64,000 nt of DNA from Dehalococcoidia bacterium (GTDB taxonomy: Bacteria > Chloroflexota > Dehalococcoidia > Plut-88900). The DNA is taken from NCBI GenBank assembly GCA_965197645.1, contig OZ240219.1, forward strand, positions 2,944,001 through 3,008,000. Reading direction: 5' to 3'. Each line of letters begins with the position of its first letter. The stretch's first letter is position 1. Shown one piece after another: positions 29,815-37,819 of this stretch. The notes under the pieces were generated by a model. That model was not told the DNA's origin. It searched no databases and saw nothing but the letters and a program-made list of their open reading frames with translations. Both the position numbers and the translations under genes were made by a program.

Positions 29815-30060
29815 ATGCCGAGACAGCGCATACACCACACCAGAGTGACCTACGACTTCCCCGACGACTTCCCTGAGCGGCTCGTGCGGTTCCAGGAGGA
29901 GTCGGGGCTGTCGTGGGCGGAGATCGCCCGTCGACTCGGCATCCATCCCTACACCATGAGGCGCTGGGTCCTGGGCCGGGCACGCCCCAGCATGCGTCAT
30001 ATGATGGCCCTGCTTGAGCTGGCCGAGGAGTTGGGCCTCGCCCACCTGTTCACCGACTGA
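29815..30060 (+). CDS. Small XRE-like HTH protein (MPRQRIHH family)
   Basis: MPRQRIHHTRVTYDFPDDFPERLVRFQEESGLSWAEIARRLGIHPYTMRRW...LAEELGLAHLFTD. Confidence 0.82.
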   Translation: MPRQRIHHTRVTYDFPDDFPERLVRFQEESGLSWAEIARRLGIHPYTMRRWVLGRARPSMRHMMALLELAEELGLAHLFTD

Positions 30061-30124
30061 GCCTGTGCAACAACCCGCGACGGCAGGGCCTGAAACGCAA
30101 AGAAGGCGACACACATGACCGCAA

Positions 30125-30157
30125 GGGGTAGCACACCGAATCGTGGTGTGCTACCCC
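30125..30157. terminator. Perfect 13 bp hairpin between convergent genes (likely terminator)
   Basis: GGGGTAGCACACC-gaatcgt-GGTGTGCTACCCC; no clear U-tract. Confidence 0.6.
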
Positions 30158-30165
30158 CGGACTCT

Positions 30166-31272
30166 CTATGCGGCAGCCGGTTCCGGCTGCTTGAGCATGG
30201 CGGAGTAGCCCGGCATCAGGACGGGCGTCATCGACAACCGGCCCGCGCCGTCGTACCCGGCGCGGTAGGCGTACTCCGCCTTCGCGCCCCAGGGCACCCG
30301 GCCGCCGACCCGGACGGCGGGGCCTCCGGACCTGCCGCGGCGCCCCGGCCCGCCCGCGCCGTGCACCACCATGCCGCTCCGCTCGCCCTTCCGCCAGCCC
30401 AGCACCTTCAGCTCGGCGGGCATGACCCGCTCCTCCGACTTCGCGCGCCGGAACAGCACGGCGTGCAGCCTCTTCAGCACGCCCGCCGACGGGGTGGACT
30501 TGCCGTTCATGATCTGGGAGAGGTACGAGGAGCTGATGCCTGCGCGCCGTGCGACCTCGTTCTGGCTGAACCCGTGAGCGTCCATGTGGTCCCACAGGGC
30601 CTTCGGGTCGACGCAGGCAAGCTGCGCGGACGCGACCGTCGCCTCGGCCTCCAGCGCCGCCTCGACCAGCGCCTGGACCCTCACGCCCATGCTCTGGCGG
30701 CCCCGTGACACCATCGACATGTAGCTGGCGGACACGCCGACCCGCTCGGCCAGCTCCCGCATGGTCATGCCCAGGGCGCGGGCGCGCTCCCGGACGTAGC
30801 TGCTCTGCCCGCTCACCACGCTCGCCGGGCGGTTGGAGCACCGTGCGGGCGCGATCTTGGCCGGGGCCTTGAGCGCCGACTCGATCCGGGTCTGGACCTT
30901 GACGCCCATGTTGACGCGGCCACGGGCCACCCCCGACATGTATCCGTAGGACACCCCGGCGCGGTCGGCCAGGTCCCGCATGGTCAATCCCATCTCGCGG
31001 GCGCGCTCCCGGATGAAGCTGCTCTCGCCGGTCACGGCGCCGCCCTGTCGGTAGACGGTCCCCTGCCCGGGGACCTCTCCCAGGACCGCCATTACCTTCT
31101 GGCGCATCTTGGGAGTCCACGGCCTGCCCCCGTTCGCAAACTGCGACAGGTAGCCCGCGCTCACGCCCATCATGGCCGCGAGCTCCTTCATGGTGAGCCC
31201 CCGCCGCCTCGCCGCAGCCCTGAGCTCGCTCTCCGCCGTCCTCGTTCCGGTTGCCATCGTTGCCGTCGTCAT
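30166..31272 (-). CDS. Protein with four tandem XRE-type HTH domains plus an unknown C-terminal domain
   Basis: GLTMKELAAMMGVSAGYLSQ / GLTMRDLADRAGVSYGYMSG / GMTMRELAERVGVSASYMSM / GFSQNEVARRAGISSSYLSQ; RBS AAGGAGG. Confidence 0.88.
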   Translation of the reverse strand: MTTATMATGTRTAESELRAAARRRGLTMKELAAMMGVSAGYLSQFANGGRPWTPKMRQKVMAVLGEVPGQGTVYRQGGAVTGESSFIRERAREMGLTMRDLADRAGVSYGYMSGVARGRVNMGVKVQTRIESALKAPAKIAPARCSNRPASVVSGQSSYVRERARALGMTMRELAERVGVSASYMSMVSRGRQSMGVRVQALVEAALEAEATVASAQLACVDPKALWDHMDAHGFSQNEVARRAGISSSYLSQIMNGKSTPSAGVLKRLHAVLFRRAKSEERVMPAELKVLGWRKGERSGMVVHGAGGPGRRGRSGGPAVRVGGRVPWGAKAEYAYRAGYDGAGRLSMTPVLMPGYSAMLKQPEPAAA

Positions 31273-31588
31273 CGGTCCGTCCTCCTTCTGTTGTGATGTG
31301 TTGCCTTTGGCCTGCGCCCGCTTGCGGGCAAAGAAGAAGGGCCGTCCCCGATGAACGAGGACGACCCTTGTGAATGGGGATGTGTGGTGAGAGCCGGAGG
31401 CCCCGCCGTCAACGGCGATGGACCTCGTTGACGTGCATAGCCGCCTCCTTTCAGGTGTTGACCCGTGCCGGGCATCCGTGGCGCGGGCCGTTCGTGATGG
31501 GACTGGTTGACGCTGGACGCACTCCGCCCACGGTCGGATGCCGGACGCGGAAGACGGAGGGGGAGTGAGAGAAGACGCAGCTCGGCCC

Positions 31589-31615
31589 AGAGCCTGCCCC
31601 GTACTTGATACGGGG
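31589..31615 (+). repeat. REP-like palindromic element (intergenic copy)
   Basis: AGAGCCTGCCCCGTACTTGATACGGGG; 24/27 identical to the reverse complement of 39496-39522. Confidence 0.8.
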
Positions 31616-31943
31616 GTGATTCGTCGGGGAATCGACTCCGGGGGAGCTGCTATGAGGGGAGCGGCCGGCCTACGACTTCATCGCAGACCAGCGCATGAGA
31701 GAAGACGCAGTTCGCGCAGGGCGCAAAACGTCCGTGGGGGAAGCTGCGAGGCGTGAAGCGGCCAGCCTGCTCGGAACGGCAGACCGGCGCATGTCGAAGG
31801 TGCGGCCCGGCTCCGTGTCAGCCATGCCGCGGGCATGAGGAGCCGGTCGGGGCGACAGACCTGTCTGCAAGAGGCAGGCGCACTCCGACCGACTGGTTGA
31901 GGACGAGGCGCGGGGAGCGCTCCGTCCCTGGTGCCCAGCGGGA

Positions 31944-32178
31944 GAAGCGATCAACTCCAAGCGCCGGACCAGAGTCCAGCGGGAGAAGCGATCAACCCCA
32001 GCCGCCAGACCGGTGCCCGACGTGTGAAGCGATCAACTCCAACGCGCCGGACGGGTGTCCAGCGGGCGAAGGACCAACGTCAACTCCGACCCGCAGGACT
32101 GGACCGATGACGAAGGACCAGCGTCAACTCCGTCGTTTCGGCCCGCGCTGCCTGCGAAGGACCAACGTCAAACTCCGC
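31944..32178 (-). repeat. Six-unit tandem hairpin array (41-44 bp period), candidate structured RNA or ssDNA element
   Basis: GAAGCGATCAAC(T/C)CC at 31944, 31985, 32026; GAAGGACCA(A/G)CGTCAA(A)CTCC at 32068, 32112, 32156. Stems pair via G-T only on the minus strand. Confidence 0.85.
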
Positions 32179-32400
32179 TTCAGCAGCATTCCCTCTTGGG
32201 CGACTCTACGGTCATGCCCGTGCAACAGGGAGATCACGCACCCAGGTTTCTATGGCGGGAAACCTTGGAGAAAGCCAAACAGTGAAGTCATTATCGCCGC
32301 GCACGACGCCGCAGGAGAGGGCCGGGGAGACCCCTTTGCCGAAACTGCCGCCAAATCGTTCACAAAAGTTAAGTGGCAACCCCGTGACCGCCCGGACCGG

Positions 32401-33243
32401 CTACCGCCACAACAGTCCGAAGGTCAGCCTGTTCAGAAGCTCCCGCTTTCTGATCGCTCTCCGCGTGTCGAAGAGCGCGGTCCTGCGCCAGTTGGTCTGC
32501 CCGCTCCGGTCCAGGCCCCGGAGGGGCTGCCTCTCCGGGGGAAGCGTCATGTCGTGCTCTTCCAGCAGCGTCAGCTCCACCGCCAGCAAACGCTCCTTCT
32601 CCGCCAGCCACGCAAGGCCCCTGCCCTTCGTGGAGTGCGAGTCCTTCAGCCCCCGCCACTCGACGACCAGCGGAAAGGCGTCGCCGAACACATCCTCGTC
32701 GTCGGGGGCGGGCTCCCGCGTCACGAGGTCGGGGTACTCCCGCCGCACCCTCGGCCTCGACGCAGGCTTCCTTCCGCCGTCCGGCGCACCGGCCTCCGAT
32801 TTGCCTGAACCTGGCTGGGAGCGACCGGCGCCGGCATGACCGGCCCCGGTCCCCTGGGCGCCGCTTCGCTTCAACGCTCCGACCTCGCCCTCGACGGCTG
32901 CCATCCTCCTGCGCATCTCCTTGCCCAGCGCATCCACCTCGCTCGCCAGCCCCTTCTCCAGCGCCTCGACCCGTTCCTCCAGCCCGTCGTTGCGCTCCCG
33001 CTGACGTGCCGCCGCCGACCCGACGCCCTCCTGCAACGCACGCTCCAGGGCGTGACGCGCCCGCCGGGACAGCCTCCCGGTCGTCGCGCAGGTGGTCACC
33101 GTCCGGCGGTCCAACTCCAGCACCCGCGCCGCGCCTCTGTAGCCCTTCTCCCGCACCAGCTCTTGCAGCAGCGTCATCAGCCGCATGTGGTGCACGTTCT
33201 CAACGTCCCTGCTCTTCTCGATGCCGTGCTCCGTGGTTCTCAT
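32401..33243 (-). CDS. Hypothetical ICE protein (N-terminal HTH-like region, coiled coil)
   Basis: Long ORF with GAAGGAGG RBS; KGYRGAARVLELDRRTV HTH-like segment; LEERVEALEKGL coiled coil. Confidence 0.7.
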   Translation of the reverse strand: MRTTEHGIEKSRDVENVHHMRLMTLLQELVREKGYRGAARVLELDRRTVTTCATTGRLSRRARHALERALQEGVGSAAARQRERNDGLEERVEALEKGLASEVDALGKEMRRRMAAVEGEVGALKRSGAQGTGAGHAGAGRSQPGSGKSEAGAPDGGRKPASRPRVRREYPDLVTREPAPDDEDVFGDAFPLVVEWRGLKDSHSTKGRGLAWLAEKERLLAVELTLLEEHDMTLPPERQPLRGLDRSGQTNWRRTALFDTRRAIRKRELLNRLTFGLLWR

Positions 33244-33569
33244 GGCTCATCCTCCTTCTCTCGACTCGACCATAGCCTCCGACCCCGATTCCGGCCCCTC
33301 TCGACCCCTGGCACAAAAACGGGCCACTCAGGAAGGGGCTATGTGCCAGAGGCCCCGCACCGGCAGTGGCACAAAATGGCCCGTTCCAAGCTGCGACTTG
33401 TACCAGCCGACCGGAACCGGCCCTTTCACAAAGTGTTCACTGATTACCCTCCTGTAGGGGGGGAGATGTACCACCTTCCAGGTAGGAAATGACCCACATG
33501 CACCACTCCGGTACAAAACCCCTTTTCCTGTACACCCCCAATACTGCACGAAAAAGTCCGCCGAAAAGA

Positions 33570-33652
33570 GGGCCTATAAGGGCGCGCAAGTGTGCGCGGC
33601 CCTATGGGGGAGCGGGCCTATGAGGGCGCGCAGAAGTGCGCGGCCCTATGGG
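33570..33652. repeat. Tandem 39 bp duplicated hairpin upstream of the tra operon (candidate oriT/operator)
   Basis: GGGCCTATAAGGGCGCGCAAGTGTGCGCGGCCCTATGGG (33570) and GGGCCTATGAGGGCGCGCAGAAGTGCGCGGCCCTATGGG (33614). Confidence 0.75.
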
Positions 33653-33731
33653 AGGTCTTTTTTCTCGTTTGATTTGTTCACACTCTTTTGCGAATGCCGC
33701 GGTCCGGTGAACCGCAGCAAACCGCAGGGAG

Positions 33732-34355
33732 GTGAACGAGTTGGCGCTGAAATCGAAACTCCGGTCCGCAAGGCGGCTACTGCCCCTGGCATCCGCGCTG
33801 CTACTGGCGGCGCTCCTGGCAATCCCCGCTAGCAACTTAGCCCTGGCTCAAGCCCCGCCCGGCGACGAGCTGACCCTCGTCAACGCCGAGCGGGATTTCG
33901 TCGAGCGCAAGGGCGGCGGCGAGTTCGTGGCACGCCCCGTCTTCGACCGCAAGATCGTGGACCTCTTCTACGCGGTGAGGGACGCCGACACCGGCGACTG
34001 GATCACCGCCATGTACCGGGTCAAGGGGGGCGAGAAGAAGCGGAGCGACGGCTGGGAATACTCCTGGGAGTACCCCGACCTGGACGAGCACCCCGAGCTC
34101 GACCGCGACCGGGCCTACCTGCTGGTGATGCTGGCCGTGGCCGAGGACGGCAAGCGGGGCGAGTTCTACGCCGTCGTCCCCATCCACCAGCCGGGCCGCA
34201 TCTGGGACAAGATTCTGAGCGCACTCAACCCGGCGCGGTGGGCGAGGGCCTTCGCCGGCTGGGTGATCGAGGGAGTCCACGGGACCCTCTGCGGCGTGGT
34301 GGAGAGAGCGAGCGGCGAGGACGCCGACAACTGCCGGAGGGAGTCCGGCAGATGA
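33732..34355 (+). CDS. Secreted/membrane hypothetical protein, first gene of tra operon
   Basis: GGGAGG-GTG; signal peptide ending ALAQA; ATGA overlap with next gene. Confidence 0.7.
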   Translation: MNELALKSKLRSARRLLPLASALLLAALLAIPASNLALAQAPPGDELTLVNAERDFVERKGGGEFVARPVFDRKIVDLFYAVRDADTGDWITAMYRVKGGEKKRSDGWEYSWEYPDLDEHPELDRDRAYLLVMLAVAEDGKRGEFYAVVPIHQPGRIWDKILSALNPARWARAFAGWVIEGVHGTLCGVVERASGEDADNCRRESGR

Positions 34356-35332
34356 GCGACATCCTCACCGGCACCCCCGCAGACCTCACCTACGCCCACG
34401 ACCTGGTGCGCCAGGCGTGGATGGTCGTCTGGACCGTCACCTCCGGCGCGCTGGTGGTCATCCTCGGCTGGATGGGGCTGAGCTTCATCATGGCCGAGCA
34501 CCTGGGGACCCGTCAGACGGGCTGGCGGGAGATGGTCCCCCGCCTCGTCTTGGGACTGGTGGCCGCCGCATCGTCCCTCTGGTGGTGCGCCCTGGTCCTG
34601 GACGTGGCCGACGCCGTGTCCGGGTTCATCGCCGTCTCCCTCGACGTGACGGCGGGAGACATGCTCCGCTCCACGCTTCGCACCCTGATGACGGCGGTCA
34701 ACGCCGGGAGCGTGGGCATGGCGCTCTTGCTGGCGGTCCTCTACCTGGTCTACGGCTTCTTCGTCCTCTACGTGATCGTCCAGATGGTGCTGCGGCTGGC
34801 CCTCATCGACATCCTCCTGGCCCTGGCCCCGATTGCGTTGGGGCTGTGGATATTGCCCCACACGGCGGGATGGGGCCGCCACTGGCTGCGGCTCTTCATG
34901 ACGACGGTGTTCCAGCAGGCCATCCAGCTCATCGCGCTGGCGCTTGGGTTCGGCTTCCTGAAGGAGTTCGCGGGGATAGCGGCCTTCGAGCCGGTGCAGG
35001 ACCTGATCTGGAAGCTGCTCATGTCCCTGGCCTTCGTCTACATGGCAACCCGCGTCCCGTCGATGCTCGGCAATCACGGCACCTTCGACTCCTGGCTCTC
35101 GATGCTCTACTTCGGCATGAACCTGCCCTCGTCGCTGATGCGTTCGGCCCGGACCATCGGCTTGGTGGCGGGCGGCGCGGCGGGAGGGCCGGGAGGCATG
35201 GCGGTGGGAGCGATGGTGGCCAGCGCGGGCGTTTCGGCCGCCGCCAGCGGCCTCAGCTCGGCGGCTTCGATGGCGACCCCATCGGCAGGCGGGGGAGACG
35301 GCGGCGGCGAGCCCAGGAGCAGCGGCGAGTAG
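34352..35332 (+). CDS. VirB6/TrbL-like polytopic conjugation membrane protein
   Basis: Multiple TM helices, RLALIDILLALAPIALGLWILPHT motif, Gly/Ala-rich tail; position in the operon. Confidence 0.8.
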   Translation: MSDILTGTPADLTYAHDLVRQAWMVVWTVTSGALVVILGWMGLSFIMAEHLGTRQTGWREMVPRLVLGLVAAASSLWWCALVLDVADAVSGFIAVSLDVTAGDMLRSTLRTLMTAVNAGSVGMALLLAVLYLVYGFFVLYVIVQMVLRLALIDILLALAPIALGLWILPHTAGWGRHWLRLFMTTVFQQAIQLIALALGFGFLKEFAGIAAFEPVQDLIWKLLMSLAFVYMATRVPSMLGNHGTFDSWLSMLYFGMNLPSSLMRSARTIGLVAGGAAGGPGGMAVGAMVASAGVSAAASGLSSAASMATPSAGGGDGGGEPRSSGE

Positions 35333-35439
35333 CCGCAATACCACGACGGAGGCGGAGAGATGTGCAGCTAAACGGAGCTTACGGACACCGACCGATAGAG
35401 ACGAGCAAAGCACTCGAATCGAGAGAGGAGAAAGAAGGA

Positions 35440-35736
35440 ATGGAACAGCTGACTCAGACCATATCGAACCTGGTGGGAATCCTGCTGGGCGTCGTGGGAG
35501 CGATAGGCGTCGGCTTCTTCATCTACGGCGCGTACCTGTACCTGACGGCATCGGGAGCGCCCCACCAGATGGAGCGCGGCAAGAGCGCCATGATGACCGC
35601 CCTGGCGGGCATCGTCCTGGCCCTGGTCGCCTACGGCGTGGTGGAGCTGGTGATGAACGCCGTCGTGGACCCGGGAATCGACATCGACGACGTGCTGCCC
35701 GAACCCGAAGCGCCGGACGCACCCGCCGACGGCTAG
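35440..35736 (+). CDS. VirB2/TrbC-like pilin
   Basis: Two hydrophobic helices around YLYLTASGAPHQMERGKSAMMTALAGIVL. Confidence 0.8.
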   Translation: MEQLTQTISNLVGILLGVVGAIGVGFFIYGAYLYLTASGAPHQMERGKSAMMTALAGIVLALVAYGVVELVMNAVVDPGIDIDDVLPEPEAPDAPADG

Positions 35737-35763
35737 GCGGACGTGAGAAGGGAGGAAAAAGAC

Positions 35764-37482
35764 ATGAGAGAACACGAGGTACCGACTCACGTTCAGGCCG
35801 AGGACCGGGTGCTGCTGGGATTCACCTTCCCGCAGGTCGTTGCGGTGGTGGCCGTGTGCGCCCTGTCCTACGGGGCCTACCGCTACGCCCCCATAGGCCC
35901 GTCCGAGGTGCGCATGGCCCTGGCCGTCGTCTTCGGACTGGTCGGCGTGGCGATGGTGGTGGGCAAGATAGGCGGTCGGCGGCTGCCCCTGGTGGCCGCC
36001 GACCTGCTGAAGTACCGGCTGGGGGCGCGGCTCTACGCCGGACAGATCGCTCAGCTGGTGAGAAGCGAGCCGCCCGCGCCGGCGCAGCCGGTGAAGAGCG
36101 GCCCCGGCCCGCTGAGCCTGATGGCGAAACGCGCCGGACGCGGGCTGGGAAGGTTGCGCAAGCCGCGCAAGAAGACCCGCAAGAACACGGAGCGCCGCAA
36201 TGGGCGCATGCGCTGGTTCGGCAAGCGCAGGGGGAAGGACGGGGGGAACCACCACGGCCAGGACCACCGGGTCGAGACCCTGGAGACGAGGAATCGGAAG
36301 CCCCGCGTGGGCTGGATTCCGGTCGTGGCCCTGGCCGTCCTGATGGCGGCTGTCGTGGCCGTCCCCCAGGCGGCGCTGGCCGACGACCACGAGCCCTGGC
36401 GGAACGAGGTCGACTTCGAGGTCACCGAGCCTGTCCCCGGACGGCGGATATTCGTCGAGGCCCTCACCGTCTCCGGCGACCGGGCCGCCGTCACGCTGAG
36501 GGCGGCAACGGACATAGACATCCGGGTGCGGGCCTTCGGTGGGCCGCAGGGCACGTGGCTGCGCTTCTGGGGTTCGGCAACCCTGGCCCAGGGGGAGCGC
36601 ATCGACTATTCGCTGCCCCTCCACGGTCCCGCGCCGTCCTTCACCGTGTCCTGGGAGGACACCCTCGGCCTGGCCGGGGCGCTGACCTTCGAGGAAGCAC
36701 AGCTTCCCTTCCCCCTGCCGGTCGTGGAGGGGGAGTTGTGCGACCTTCGCATGACCTCCCTGGGCTGGACGCCCGGAGCGGTCAGCGGCGTCATCGAGTC
36801 CGAGTGCGCCGCCGCCGTCGAGGAGGCCGTCGAGCTTCAGACGGTAGCCGGACACGAGAGCGTCACCGAGACCGCGCTCATGGACGCCCAGGTGACGGCA
36901 ATCGTCGGGACTCTCTCCGCTGCGACGGGAGCGTCGCAGACCAGCGTCCCCTTCGTCCCCAACGGCGAGACGAGCTTCCGGCTCGGCGTGCCCGCAGGCG
37001 AGGCGATTCACGCCGTGAGCGTGGACGTGAGCCTGGAGGCAAGCCTGAGCATCCCCATCCCCCCGCTGACGCAGCTCATCCACCACCCGGAGCGGGTCGA
37101 ACACGTCACCAGGACCGTGCACCTCCATCGCCCGGGGGACAGCGACTCCGACAGTGAGACGGCGACGGCCACCTGCGAGGACGGCGCCACGGCGTCCGCC
37201 ACCGCGACGGCCTACGCCTACGTCCCCAGCGCCACCATCGCCAGGGAGGTGACGGTGACCATAGTCCACCCGGAGCACGTCAAGGCGGAGACGGTGGAGC
37301 GGTCGCCCATCACGAGGACGAGGAGCGAAACGCTGGCTCTGGCGTCCGGTGTCGGCAGCGACGACACCTTCGCCGTCCTGGTCCTGCCGGAGCCCGAGCC
37401 GGTGGACCCGCCCGCGGAGCAGGAGCCCGCGGACGGGCTGCGCGGCTGGTTCGAGGCGCTGGGCTGGGAGTGGCCCTGGTGA
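35764..37482 (+). CDS. PrgI (VirB3-like) protein fused to a large extracytoplasmic domain
   Basis: MREHEVPTHVQAEDRVLLGFTFPQ PrgI-type N-terminus with 2 TMs, basic linker, internal signal-like segment (AVPQAALA), then a beta-rich domain. Confidence 0.75.
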   Translation: MREHEVPTHVQAEDRVLLGFTFPQVVAVVAVCALSYGAYRYAPIGPSEVRMALAVVFGLVGVAMVVGKIGGRRLPLVAADLLKYRLGARLYAGQIAQLVRSEPPAPAQPVKSGPGPLSLMAKRAGRGLGRLRKPRKKTRKNTERRNGRMRWFGKRRGKDGGNHHGQDHRVETLETRNRKPRVGWIPVVALAVLMAAVVAVPQAALADDHEPWRNEVDFEVTEPVPGRRIFVEALTVSGDRAAVTLRAATDIDIRVRAFGGPQGTWLRFWGSATLAQGERIDYSLPLHGPAPSFTVSWEDTLGLAGALTFEEAQLPFPLPVVEGELCDLRMTSLGWTPGAVSGVIESECAAAVEEAVELQTVAGHESVTETALMDAQVTAIVGTLSAATGASQTSVPFVPNGETSFRLGVPAGEAIHAVSVDVSLEASLSIPIPPLTQLIHHPERVEHVTRTVHLHRPGDSDSDSETATATCEDGATASATATAYAYVPSATIAREVTVTIVHPEHVKAETVERSPITRTRSETLALASGVGSDDTFAVLVLPEPEPVDPPAEQEPADGLRGWFEALGWEWPW

Positions 37483-37799
37483 GACGCGCCGCGACTCTGC
37501 TGATTCTCACCGGCGCGGCCCTCGTGTTCACGGGGGCTGCGCCGGAGGAGCACGACACGATGCTGGAGCAGTTCGACCGCGTGCTCACGGCGATGGCCTA
37601 CGCCGCCTCCGGCCTCTGCCTGTTCGCCATCGTCTGGGCGGGGTTCGTCCTGATGGCCGAGGGAGGCGAGGAGCGCGGCGGGGGCCGGGCCAAGGCCGCC
37701 GTCGTCATGGCGGTCGTCGGCCTGGCGCTGGTGCTCTCGGCCAAGGGCGTCGCCGCTCTCCTGAGTCACGGCGTTATCCCATCCTTCCCAACCCCATAG
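37479..37799 (+). CDS. Second VirB2-like pilin
   Basis: GTGA overlap; IVWAGFVLMAEGGEERGGGRAKAAVVMAVVGLALVL. Confidence 0.7.
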   Translation: MRRAATLLILTGAALVFTGAAPEEHDTMLEQFDRVLTAMAYAASGLCLFAIVWAGFVLMAEGGEERGGGRAKAAVVMAVVGLALVLSAKGVAALLSHGVIPSFPTP

Positions 37800-37819
37800 A
37801 GAAAAGGAAGCAAAACGAA

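Noticed and set aside
31944-32178. CRISPR array interpretation of the six-unit repeat
   Set aside because: Repeats are only 15-21 bp and of two types, spacers resemble one another and fold as hairpins, and there are no cas genes in the window.
31753-32839. 351 aa and 195 aa plus-strand ORFs across the hairpin array
   Set aside because: Low-complexity translations, overlap with the 32401-33243 gene, and 41/44 bp repeat periods that are not multiples of three.
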